DNA of 53,688 nt from the NCBI GenBank assembly GCA_964445265.1, contig CAYUPU010000002.1, forward strand, positions 1 to 53,688, in the 5' to 3' direction. Origin of the DNA: an uncultured Methanomassiliicoccales archaeon. GTDB lineage: Archaea > Thermoplasmatota > Thermoplasmata > Methanomassiliicoccales > Methanomethylophilaceae. Under the pieces are notes generated by a model. It made no database searches. It was not told the DNA's origin and saw nothing but the letters and a program-made list of their open reading frames with translations. Both the position numbers and the translations under genes were made by a program. How positions within the stretch are numbered: position 1 is the stretch's first letter; every line of letters starts with the position of its first letter. This document shows positions 11,142-20,378 of the stretch, piece after piece.

Positions 11142-11750
11142 GTGGAGGTCCTCGTCAACGCCGGCGGAAAGGGGTCCCGCATGGGGCCGTGCGGCATAGA
11201 GAAGCCCATGCAGATCGTCGGCGGAAGGCACACGGTGGACCGCGTCGTGGACGTCCTGGCGTCGTCCGACGGGCTGGACCGGGTGCTCGTATCGGTGAGC
11301 GGCAACACGCCGGAGACCGAGAGACATCTCCGGGACAGGGGCATCGAGACCGTCCGCACGTCCGGCGAGAGCTTCATGGACGATCTGCACACGGCGTTCG
11401 AGGTCATGAGCGGCGAGTACGTGATGACGTGCCCCTCGGATCTGCCGCTGCTCGACAGGCTCTCCGTGGAATCATTCCTCCGCTTCTTCCGTCCGGGGAG
11501 GATGGACTCCGCCATAGCGGTGATAGATGCGGCCACCGTCGAGGGGCTCGGCATACACCCCTCGTTCACGAGGGAGTGGAACGGGTCGGAGTGGGTGCTG
11601 TCCGGCCTGTGCATAATGGACCGCCCCAGGACCCTTGCGGGTGACTACCTGGACGAGGTGCTGTACGCCACGCGCTCCAAGGCGCTGGCGGTCAATGTGA
11701 ACACGCAGGAGGAGCTCGAGCTGGCCAGGCTCCTCTGCGACGATGGGCGA
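11142..11750 (+). CDS. cobY: GTP:adenosylcobinamide-phosphate guanylyltransferase (archaeal)
   Basis: AGGKGSRM..EKP, PSDLPLL, NVNTQEEL. CGA 11748-11750 sits just before a 15-bp hairpin; the standard-code ORF runs to 11870 into cobT. Confidence 0.88.
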
Positions 11751-11751
11751 T

Positions 11752-11785
11752 GCGCCCGCCCGGACCCCGCGGTCCGGGCGGGCGC
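11752..11785. terminator. Perfect 15-bp GC inverted repeat between convergent cobY and cobT
   Basis: GCGCCCGCCCGGACC-CCGC-GGTCCGGGCGGGCGC. Confidence 0.65.
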
Positions 11786-11789
11786 GGGG

Positions 11790-12899
11790 TCATTCGAGAC
11801 CCATTATGCCGCGGTAGATGTCCTCGACGGCATCGGAGAGGTCCCTGGCGGTGATCCTTCCGGCGGATGAGGCTATCGCGCCGACCGAGGCCCCTCCGCA
11901 TCCCGTCCCTTCCTTGATGAAGCCCCACTCGTAGGCCTGGAGGCCCTCGTAGGGGCTGTCGGAGTAGTCCACGTTGACATAGACCGACGGGACGTCGGGC
12001 GTGATGGCGTCTATGATCCTCCTCATGGACGAGTTGGCATCGTCCATGAGCCATCTGGTCGTTCCCTGGAGGAAGTTTCCTATGAGTTCCGGGTGGAGCG
12101 CGACGACCCCGGAGATGACGGCGCCCATCTGGGTGCCGCCTCCGACTATCACGGGGATGTGGGGTGCGGCCCCGCAGACTATCCCGATGTTGGCGGGCAT
12201 CATGGGGTCTCCGACGCACTCTATGGCTCCGAGGGGGTCGTCCCTCATGTCGCCCGGTTCGATCCCGGCGGCCTTCAGGGATTCGGCGACGACCTTCGAC
12301 TTGAGCTCCCTGGGGTTGTTGGGGGAGCTGCTGCTGACGAGGTTCTCCCTCACGACGCCCATGGCGGTCATGACGGCCAGCGCGGTCGTGGTCCCTCCGG
12401 CGCAACTCTCGCTGATGACCAGGAAGTCGTTTCCCTTGGACAGCATCCTGCCGAGCATGACGCCCTTCTCGAACTCCTTGCGGACGTTCTTCACGGCCTT
12501 TCCGGTCGTGATGAAGTCCCCGCACTCCCCTCCCATGTCGAAGTAGGGGACGTACGGCTCGATGGAGCATCCTCCGTTGACGATGTAGCAGGGCATGCCG
12601 GAGAGCCTCAGCGCGGCCATGGTGAGGGTGGCGGGCGTCGGGATGCCTCCGGGGTTGATCGGGATGCCCTTCATGCAGGTCGTCCTTCCGTTGATCAGCA
12701 GCTCCGCGTCGGCGGGGCCGGTGAACATGGTCAGCTCGGGGGTGTCCCCGGCGTCCGACAGGCCCGGTATGGTGGACGTGCGGGTGTTGGCCACGGTGCA
12801 TGTGAAGGTGCCGCGTCCTCCCCAGATCCTGGAGAGGATGTCCTTCGCAGTGTCCTCGTTGCCGTATACGCTCAATGATGGTGGCAGTTCGAAATCCAT
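11790..12899 (-). CDS. cobT: Archaeal nicotinate-mononucleotide:base phosphoribosyltransferase
   Basis: TSTIPGLSDAG, PTPATLT, ESCAGGTTTALAV, GGGTQMGAV, IKEGTGCGG; GGTGA RBS before ATG 12899. Confidence 0.88.
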   Translation of the reverse strand: MDFELPPSLSVYGNEDTAKDILSRIWGGRGTFTCTVANTRTSTIPGLSDAGDTPELTMFTGPADAELLINGRTTCMKGIPINPGGIPTPATLTMAALRLSGMPCYIVNGGCSIEPYVPYFDMGGECGDFITTGKAVKNVRKEFEKGVMLGRMLSKGNDFLVISESCAGGTTTALAVMTAMGVVRENLVSSSSPNNPRELKSKVVAESLKAAGIEPGDMRDDPLGAIECVGDPMMPANIGIVCGAAPHIPVIVGGGTQMGAVISGVVALHPELIGNFLQGTTRWLMDDANSSMRRIIDAITPDVPSVYVNVDYSDSPYEGLQAYEWGFIKEGTGCGGASVGAIASSAGRITARDLSDAVEDIYRGIMGLE

Positions 12900-12904
12900 T
12901 GTGT

Positions 12905-13912
12905 TCACCTGTGGCTGCATATCCTCGGCACCAGGGTGGACAGATCGAGGATCTCCCCGTCCGCTCCTCCTATGTCGAAGCTCGTCCATACCGGGACGTC
13001 GGTCAGGATGTGCTCGCCGGTCACGCACGATGTGCCGTGGTCGGCGAAGTAGACGATGCGGTCCGCATCCGGGAAGTATTCCGCCATCAGGCGGTCCGTC
13101 CTCTCAAGGACGGCCTTCTTCTTGAACGGGTCCTTCTGGTGGCTGTATTCGTCTACCTCGTCTATGTGGAGGAGCACGTCGCCCTCCTCGAGGGCCTTCC
13201 GCGCCACGGGGAAGCGGGCCTCCAGATCCTCGACGAGGGCGATGTCGTATCCGAGGGATGCGCATATTCCCAGCGAGGTGGGGCTGTCCGATATGGCCGT
13301 GAGCTTCCCGATCCCGGGGAATCCGGGATGCTGGCGTCCCATCCTGCCGCACCCCCAGGGGTACACGGTTACGCCGTCCATGTCCTCGGCCACGGCATCG
13401 ATGAGCTCGCCCAGGGGGCCGCCGATGTCGACCCAGGGCGCGTCCACCGGTGGAGCGGGGGTCGCAGGCACGTCATCGGAGACCATGGTCAGGACCGAGC
13501 GGCCCTCCACGAAGAACCTTATGTCGGGATCGCGGGGCCCCAGAATGTCCATATGGGACATCACGGACCTCTCCAGCTCGTCCTTGAACCCCTCGTTGTG
13601 GTAGGACCAGTGCACCATCCCGTCGCCCGTCCTCCTGACGGGGCTGAGGCGGTACGCGACCCTCGCGGGATCCTCCAGACGGAGCCCGAGGCCCAGCGCC
13701 TCCAGCGCACCCCTCCCGATCTCCGGCCCGTGGCCGGTGAAGAACTCGTTGAGGAACAGCTGCGTGTATCCGCGCCCGGTGGTCCTGCAGCGGTGCGACA
13801 CCTTGGACTCCAGATACGGCATGTCAGCGACGTCTATCGGCTTTTTCCCGTCCAGCTGGGGGCAGGGATCGTCCTCCGCGCCGTCCAGAAGGACGAAGAG
13901 AAGATTGCTCAT
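12905..13912 (-). CDS. Alkaline-phosphatase-superfamily metalloenzyme, short divergent ApgM-like protein
   Basis: LLDGAEDDP..LDGKKP, HIDEVDEYSH, ADHGT metal-ligand motifs; ATGA overlap with hypF. Confidence 0.75.
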   Translation of the reverse strand: MSNLLFVLLDGAEDDPCPQLDGKKPIDVADMPYLESKVSHRCRTTGRGYTQLFLNEFFTGHGPEIGRGALEALGLGLRLEDPARVAYRLSPVRRTGDGMVHWSYHNEGFKDELERSVMSHMDILGPRDPDIRFFVEGRSVLTMVSDDVPATPAPPVDAPWVDIGGPLGELIDAVAEDMDGVTVYPWGCGRMGRQHPGFPGIGKLTAISDSPTSLGICASLGYDIALVEDLEARFPVARKALEEGDVLLHIDEVDEYSHQKDPFKKKAVLERTDRLMAEYFPDADRIVYFADHGTSCVTGEHILTDVPVWTSFDIGGADGEILDLSTLVPRICSHR

Positions 13913-16059
13913 GTTTTCCTCCTTGCGGCGATCGCGGCCTGTCCGACCGAGATGCCGCCGTCCCCGTTGGGGACGTTCCTGTGGAGGACTGGTACGCGGC
14001 CGGCCCTTATAACCGTGTCCTCGAACATCCTGGCTATTGCGCCGTTGCAGGACACTCCGCCGCTGAGCCCTATGGGGCCGTCGGAGGCCTCGCAGGCCAG
14101 GGCGACCAGCTCCTCGACGATGCCGAGGACGATGGAGTACGCCACGTCCTCCGGCCTGTCCCCGGGATCGATGCGTGCGAACAGCTCGGCGGTCTGCACC
14201 ACGCCCCCGATCGAGCGGGCGGCGTACCCGTCTATCCTCTCTCCTCTGTTCAGCAGGGGCTCGAGGCACATGGCGGGCTCCCCGTCGTAGGTGCGGCGCG
14301 AGCAGGCTCCGAGGCGGTAGGACAGCGCATCCAGGATGCGGCCCATGGACGACGTCTCCACGCTGCGGCCCATCATCTTCATCAGGACGGACGCGTCCCT
14401 GTCGCCGAAGTCGCGGTTCTCGACGCCGTTGATGGCGTCTACGGCGAAAGCCAGTCTGCGTATGTCGTACAGCGCCTTCTCGTTCCCGAGAAGGGGGATG
14501 TACTGCAGATGGGCGACGCGCCTGTATCCGGAGTAGTCGGCGTCCAGGACCTCCCCGCCCCATGCGGCCCCGTCGTCCCCGTGCCCTGTGCCGTCCAGTG
14601 CCAGAACGGTGCAGCGGTCCATGCCGTTGTCCGCCATCAGGGAGGCGGCGTGGGCCCAGTGGTGCTGCACCTCGATCAGCTCCGCCCCGTTCTCCTCGGC
14701 CAGTTTCCTGCCGAGGGGCCGGTTGGCGTATCCCGGGTGCAGATCCACCGCGATCACCTGGGGCTCGCATCCGACCAGGGCCATCTGGGTGCGGACCGCC
14801 TCCTCCAGGAACTCCGGGACCCCGATCTTCTCCCCGTTCCCTATATGCTGCGTCGGCCATATGCGGCCGTCCGCCGCGACGGACCCGGTCAGGTTCTCCT
14901 GCGCGCCCAGCGCGACGGCCTGCACGTCCGAACCGGCCTCCAGGCTGTACGGCACGGCCCCTCTGGACCGCCTGATGTACTGCGTCCTGCCGCCGAGCAT
15001 CCTCAGGACGGTGTCGTCGGCCCGGTTGACGATGATCTGGTCGTGCAGGAGCCAGGCATCCGCAGGGACCCCTCTGGCATCGGCATCGTCCACGGCCATG
15101 GGCTCCCCGGGGGGATTGGCGGATGTCATCACCAGCGCGTCGTGGTCCATGCGGGAGAAGAGCAGGTGGTGCATCCCGGTGTAGGGGAGGAAGACGCCGA
15201 TGTTGTCGAGCCCGGGGGAGGCGGCCTCGGATTCCTCGGAGCGAACCTTCCTGCACAGGACGATGGGCCTTCCCGGGGAGAGAAGCATCCGCTCCTCGTC
15301 TGGGGTCGGATCCGCGAATCTGCGGAGGGCGCACATGTCCCTCGCCATGACGGCGAAAGGCTTCCTCTCCCTCCCGTACCAGCTCCTGAGCTCCGGTATC
15401 CGTCCGGTGATGCAGCATATATGGGTGCCGCCCCACCCTTTGACGACCGCCCGTCCGCCCGAGTCCAGGATGCCCGCGAGCCTGCCGATGGGGTCGTCCG
15501 CGAACACGCCGTCGGTGGTCTCCAGACGGTAGGACGGGCCGCACGCGGGACATGCGATGGTCTGATGGTGGAACCTGCGGTCCCCTGGAGACGAGAACTC
15601 CCTGCCGCAGTCCGGGCACACGGGGAACGCGTCCATCGATGTGAGCCCGCGGTCGTACGGCATCCCCTTCAGCAGGGTGAATCTCGGTCCGCAGTCCGTG
15701 CATGTCGTGAAGGGGTACAGGCGCCTGCGGCCGTCCGACATCATATCCTGCACGCATCTGTCGCAGATCGCGCTGTCCGCCGGCACCGATGCCCCCTTGC
15801 CCGAGCCGTCGGACGGAGCGATAGAGAATCCATCGGGGCCGTCGTACGCGAGGTCCTCGCGCTCGACGCCGTCTATCCTGGCGAGAGGGGGCAGGTCGGA
15901 CAGGAGCTCACCCATCAGGCCGTCGCCGTCGTCCGTATCGATCACGACTCTGGATCCGTCGTTCCTGACGGTGCCCGACGCGCCCGCTCTGACGGCGGCG
16001 CGGTAGACGGCGGGTCTGAAGCCGACCCCCTGCACCGTGCCCGATATGACGATCCTCAT
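13909..16059 (-). CDS. hypF: [NiFe]-hydrogenase maturation carbamoyltransferase
   Basis: GTVQGVGFRP, zinc fingers CTDCGPRF and CPACGP, VMTSAN, QHHWAH, GDGGISVGQ. Confidence 0.96.
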   Translation of the reverse strand: MRIVISGTVQGVGFRPAVYRAAVRAGASGTVRNDGSRVVIDTDDGDGLMGELLSDLPPLARIDGVEREDLAYDGPDGFSIAPSDGSGKGASVPADSAICDRCVQDMMSDGRRRLYPFTTCTDCGPRFTLLKGMPYDRGLTSMDAFPVCPDCGREFSSPGDRRFHHQTIACPACGPSYRLETTDGVFADDPIGRLAGILDSGGRAVVKGWGGTHICCITGRIPELRSWYGRERKPFAVMARDMCALRRFADPTPDEERMLLSPGRPIVLCRKVRSEESEAASPGLDNIGVFLPYTGMHHLLFSRMDHDALVMTSANPPGEPMAVDDADARGVPADAWLLHDQIIVNRADDTVLRMLGGRTQYIRRSRGAVPYSLEAGSDVQAVALGAQENLTGSVAADGRIWPTQHIGNGEKIGVPEFLEEAVRTQMALVGCEPQVIAVDLHPGYANRPLGRKLAEENGAELIEVQHHWAHAASLMADNGMDRCTVLALDGTGHGDDGAAWGGEVLDADYSGYRRVAHLQYIPLLGNEKALYDIRRLAFAVDAINGVENRDFGDRDASVLMKMMGRSVETSSMGRILDALSYRLGACSRRTYDGEPAMCLEPLLNRGERIDGYAARSIGGVVQTAELFARIDPGDRPEDVAYSIVLGIVEELVALACEASDGPIGLSGGVSCNGAIARMFEDTVIRAGRVPVLHRNVPNGDGGISVGQAAIAARRKT

Positions 16060-16172
16060 GGCAGGGCGATGCGGGTACTGGTTTATCACTGGTCTGGATG
16101 CGGCGCTCCGGCCGCACGTAGAAACGGATGGGGTTCGCCGGGCCCGTCCCGGAGGACGGGCCGGCCGCGCGC

Positions 16173-16706
16173 TCAGGCGCAGTACTTCTTCTTGTAGCCG
16201 TCCTTGGCCTGGACGACCATCTTCTCGGCCTCGGCCTTGCCGACCGTGCCGTTGATCTCGGTCTTCTTGTTCTCCAGGGCCTTGTAGACGCTGAAGAAGT
16301 GGCACATCTCGTCGACGAGGTGCTTGGGTATGTCGTCCAGGGATCTCACGTCGCGGTAGTCGGGATCCCCCTCTGCGACGGCTATGATCTTCTCGTCGTT
16401 GTCCCCTCCGTCGACCATCAGGATGGCTCCGATGGGGCGGCACTGGACCAGGGTCATGGGCGCGATGGTCTCGCTGCACAGGACGAGGGCGTCCAGAGGG
16501 TCCCCGTCGTCGGCGTACGTCCTGGGGATGAACCCGTAGCTGGCGGGATAGTGGGTGGATGTCGACAGGATCCTGTCGAGCCTCAGCATGCCGGTATCCT
16601 TGTCCAGCTCGTACTTTGCCTTGCTGCCCTTGGGGATCTCGATGACCACTGTGAAGCTCTCCGGCTCGATGAGGGCCGGATCGATGTCATGGAAGATGTT
16701 GGACAT
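16173..16706 (-). CDS. ppa: Family I inorganic pyrophosphatase
   Basis: EIPKGSKAKYE, YGFIPRT..DDGDPLD, DEKII. Confidence 0.96.
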   Translation of the reverse strand: MSNIFHDIDPALIEPESFTVVIEIPKGSKAKYELDKDTGMLRLDRILSTSTHYPASYGFIPRTYADDGDPLDALVLCSETIAPMTLVQCRPIGAILMVDGGDNDEKIIAVAEGDPDYRDVRSLDDIPKHLVDEMCHFFSVYKALENKKTEINGTVGKAEAEKMVVQAKDGYKKKYCA

Positions 16707-16761
16707 ATCTTAGCCTCTGACATCCCTATCGGCGGTTCTGTAAAATATCTTGCTGGACCTG

Positions 16762-17142
16762 TCGGTATCCGTCGGTCGCGCGCTCGGCGGCGTAGGCCTT
16801 GTACATTAGCCCCCACTCCTCCAGAGTATCCAGCACAGGGGACAGGGTCCTTCCGAGATCCGTGAGCGAGTACTCCACCTTGGGCGGGACCTCGGGATAG
16901 ACCTTCCTGGACACCAGGCCGTCGCCCTCGAGGTCGCGGAGCTTGTCGGTCAGCACCTTCTGCGACACGCCGCCGACGGACTTCTTGATCTCCCCGAATC
17001 TCCTCGTCCCCTGGAGCAGCTCCCTGATTATGAGTACTTTCCACTTGTCCCCTATCATCAGCAGCGTTGTCTCAACGGGACACGGCGGCAGTTCCTTCAT
17101 GTACGGTCTCCTGTCGAAGGGTGTTTGCTCCGATCCGGGCAT
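16762..17142 (-). CDS. HxlR-family winged-helix regulator
   Basis: CPVETTLLMIGDKWK, VSRKVYPEVPPKVEYSLT. Start 17142 or 17100. CGA at 16762-16764; standard-code end is TAG at 16726, across the ppa promoter. Confidence 0.9.
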
Positions 17143-17298
17143 CAAAGAGGTCGCGGAATCGATGCGGAATCCATGCTCCCGCAGTATATGCACCCGATAG
17201 TTATCTAGAAGTAACATAGATTCTTTTAGAAACCATATGTCCGATTCTCCGCGCATCCGCACGCGCTGTTCAAATACGCAGGATGTCCTCGAGCATCC

Positions 17299-17775
17299 AT
17301 GGACGCGAAGACCAATCCCATGAGGCACCTCGACAAGCTGGGCATACCGTATATGGTCCACTTCTACGGGGACGAGCCCCTGTCCGGGATGGAGGTCGCG
17401 GAGGCGATGGGCGAGAATCCGGCCGAGGCGTTCAAGACCCTCGTCACGGAGTCGAAGGACCGCAGACTCTACGTCTTCGCCGTCCCGGTCGACGGGGACC
17501 TGGACATGAAGAAGGCTGCCGCCAGCGTGGGGGAGAAGTCGCTCCAGATGATAAGGTCGAAGGACCTCCTCCAGCAGACCGGATACGTCCACGGCGGATG
17601 CTCGCCCCTGTGCCTCAAGAAGCCGATGAGGGTCACGTTCGACTCCAGCGCACTGGATCACGAGAGGATATACTTCAGCGCGGGCAGGATTGGATACCAG
17701 ATCGAGATGGCCGTGGCGGATCTGCCGAGGGCGCTGGATTTCCAGTTCGCGGATGTCAGGAAGCCGTTGCAGCGA
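17299..17775 (+). CDS. ybaK: Cys-tRNA(Pro) deacylase (YbaK/EbsC)
   Basis: KTNPMR, FKTLV, TGYVHGGCSP, SAGRIG. CGA 17773-17775; standard-code end is TAG at 17784. Confidence 0.92.
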
Positions 17776-18156
17776 TCGCAGTAGGGCGAGCCATCTCCCG
17801 GCGGCGGCCCCCGCCACGCACAGCGCCGAGTTCAACAGGATGTTGATTCCGGCGAGGCCGTACGATCCGTCGGCCAGCAGATTCACGGTATCGATGGAGA
17901 ACGTGGACATCGTCGTGAACGCGCCGAAGAAGCCCGTGAAGACCAGCGCTCTGGCCGTGTCGCCCGTCTGCACGCCCCAGGCGAACATGAGGTACGATGC
18001 GGCGCAGCAACCGATGATGTTGACGAGGAACGTGGCCAGCGGGAACGGGGAATCCACTGCCTGGTAGATGCCGTACCTCGAGAGCGCGCCGAGGGCGCCT
18101 CCCGCGGCGACCGCCGCGAACGGGACGAGGGATTCGATGCCCATGGGACGGTCCAT
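17776..18156 (-). CDS. crcB: Fluoride channel Fluc/CrcB
   Basis: GGALGALSRY, FPLATFLVNIIG, TGFFGAFTTMSTF. CGA at 17776-17778 gives 122-126 aa; under the standard code there is no stop until 16726. Confidence 0.92.
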
Positions 18157-18333
18157 CGCGCGTAGCGCCTAGAATCTTGCTGTCGTCGCGCTGTCGGAGC
18201 CGACGATTCCGATCGTTCCTCTCCCGGAAACGATCGCTAGGTCAGAGAGATATCCGATTCGCGCGGTCTACGGAGTCCGTCGTCAGTATAGTGTTTGTAG
18301 TCATCGCCTATTGTATTAATAAATTTCAATAAG

Positions 18334-18390
18334 TGTGCTAATAGCGGATTTCAGGAGCCATCTTGTTTTGCGGAGTCCGTTGTTAGCACA
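18334..18390 (+). other. 19-bp imperfect inverted repeat, fully paired with G-U on the + strand; third copy of the arm at 18271-18290
   Basis: TGTGCTAATAGCGGATTTC pairs with GGAGTCCGTTGTTAGCACA. Confidence 0.6.
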
Positions 18391-18429
18391 TCCATCAACT
18401 CTTTTACCTGCATACTCATCGGCTCCGCC

Positions 18430-19605
18430 ATGTACCTGACCAGGGAGGAGCAGGCGATCCTCGACGGAGAGGAGGGGGAGAGCAGGCAGAAGGCCATGGA
18501 GCTGGTCACCGCGCTCGGGAAGATTTACGGGGCGGAGGACCTCATCGACATAACCTCGGCGCATCTCTCCGGGGCGTCCTACAAGACCATCGGCGACGGG
18601 GGGCTGAAGTACCTCGAGGACATGGCTGCCGGCGGTGCGAGGGTCTCCGTGCCGGCCACCCTGAACCCTGTCGGGATGGACCGCGACCGCTGGAGGGAGA
18701 TGCACATCTCCCCGGAGTTCGCCGAGAAGCAGCTCCGGATAATCGATCTCTACGGGAGGATGGGGGTCATGAAGACGTGCTCCTGCACGCCTTACACCGG
18801 CGTCAACGTCCCATCTCTGGGCGACCATGTCGCCTGGGCGGAGTCGTCGGCGCTGTCGTTCGTCAATTCGTTCATAGGGGCGAGGACCAACCGCGAGGGA
18901 GGGCCTGGGGCCCTGGCCGCGGCCATCCTCGGCAAGACCGCGAACTACGGGCTGCATCTGGATGAGAGGAGGGTCCCGACTAAGGTGATCGAGGCCGACA
19001 TAGACGGATCGGTGTTCTCGTACTCCCTCCTGGGCCAGGCCGTCGGCATGGCCATGGGGAGCGGGGTCCCGTACTTCAGGGGGGTGTCCCCCGGCGTGGA
19101 GGAGGCCAAGACGCTGTCCGCGGCCATGGCGGCCGCCGGGTCGGTGGCCCTCTGGCATGCGGAGGGCGTCACGCCCGAGGCCGGCGGCTTCGACGTGTCG
19201 GACCTGGAGGTCGTGCACATAGGGGAGCCGGAGCTCGAGGCCGCGTACTCCAAACTGAACACGGTGGACGACGTGCAGCTCATCGCGATAGGCTGCCCCC
19301 ATCTCACGGAGAAGGAGATGCACCAGATCGCGGCCTTCCTGGACGGGAAGGAGAAGGTCAGGGACGATGTCGAGATCTGGTTCTGCACGTCCGCCGAGGT
19401 CAGGGCCAGATGCCCGAAGGATGTGGAGGTCATGGAGCGGTTCGGCCCCGTCCTGGCGGACACGTGCATGGTCGTCGCCCCCATCGAGGGCGCGTTCCAG
19501 CGCACCGGCACGAACTCGGCGAAGGCGGGGAACTACCTGCCCACGCTGTGCTCGCAGAAGGCCATGGTGCGCGACATACCGGCCCTCCTGGAGGTGGTCA
19601 TGTGA
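18430..19605 (+). CDS. Aconitase X catalytic subunit / phosphomevalonate dehydratase large subunit
   Basis: AHLSGASYKTIG, CSCTPY, WAESSA, GARTNREGG, IGCPH, DTCMVVAP, TNSAKA. Confidence 0.92.
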   Translation: MYLTREEQAILDGEEGESRQKAMELVTALGKIYGAEDLIDITSAHLSGASYKTIGDGGLKYLEDMAAGGARVSVPATLNPVGMDRDRWREMHISPEFAEKQLRIIDLYGRMGVMKTCSCTPYTGVNVPSLGDHVAWAESSALSFVNSFIGARTNREGGPGALAAAILGKTANYGLHLDERRVPTKVIEADIDGSVFSYSLLGQAVGMAMGSGVPYFRGVSPGVEEAKTLSAAMAAAGSVALWHAEGVTPEAGGFDVSDLEVVHIGEPELEAAYSKLNTVDDVQLIAIGCPHLTEKEMHQIAAFLDGKEKVRDDVEIWFCTSAEVRARCPKDVEVMERFGPVLADTCMVVAPIEGAFQRTGTNSAKAGNYLPTLCSQKAMVRDIPALLEVVM

Positions 19606-20378
19606 TAATCGACGGGCGCACGATATCCGGAGGAAGGGCCTCCGGAAGGGTGCTGAGGCTGGACGAGCCGCTGAGCTTCCTCGGAGGCGTGGACGGTTCG
19701 ACCGGCGAGCTCCGCGTCGGTCCCGGCGGGAGCGTGGCCGGACGCGTCCTCGTATTCCCCCGGGGCAAGGGCAGCACGGTCGGATCCTTCGTCATGTACG
19801 ATCTGATGGTCCACGGGAAGGCCCCTGCGGCGGTCGTGAACGAGTCCGCGGAGACCATCGTCGCCACGGGCGCGGTGATATCCTCGATCCCGATGGTGGA
19901 CTCCGTCCCGTCCGTGTCAATGTTCGAGGACGGCGACGAGGTCGTCGTGGACGCGGATGCCGGAACGGTGGAGATCGTAGGGGTCGAGCTCAGGACCGCG
20001 GTGTCGTCCGTCGTGGAGAGGGACGGGAGGATCCTGATGCTGAAGCGTCCCGATGCATGCCGTTCGTTCCCCGGCCGCTGGTCCCTCGTGTCCGGCAGGG
20101 TGGAGCCGGGGGAGTCGCCGGAGCAGGCCGCCTCCAGGGAGATCCTGGAGGAGACCGGGATCCGCGTGGGGGAGCCCGATGCGGTCCTGCCGGTCCGGCA
20201 CGTCCGCGAGGGCTCCGTGCTCTGGGAGGTCCATCCGTTCCTCTACAGGATACCGGAGGGGGAGCCCGTGCTCAACGGGGAGAACGTCGTCTTCGAGTGG
20301 GCGGATCCGTCGGATGTGCCCGGCATGGGCACGGTCGACGGCGTGCCGGGGATAGTGTCCGATGCCATCGGGAACCGA
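19602..20378 (+). CDS. Phosphomevalonate dehydratase small subunit (DUF126) fused to a Nudix hydrolase
   Basis: GTG overlaps the upstream TGA; LSFLGGVD, GKGSTVGS, then Nudix box GRVEPGESPEQAASREILEETG. CGA 20376-20378; standard-code end is TAG at 20600. Confidence 0.88.

Noticed and set aside
17200-17215. GTTA-N8-TAAC palindrome upstream of the HxlR gene
   Set aside because: A plausible autoregulatory site, but too short to support.
16726-18156. 476-aa CrcB-HxlR fusion in the ORF track
   Set aside because: The middle is antisense ybaK and promoter DNA; it is better explained as two genes with crcB ending at CGA.
18268-18312. Fluoride-riboswitch-like words on the minus strand (TAGGCGATGA..AAAC..CTGACG..ACTCC)
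   Set aside because: Lacks the TCGCC partner of P1 and the GGAGT pseudoknot strand, and its 5' part lies too close to the TATA box to be transcribed.
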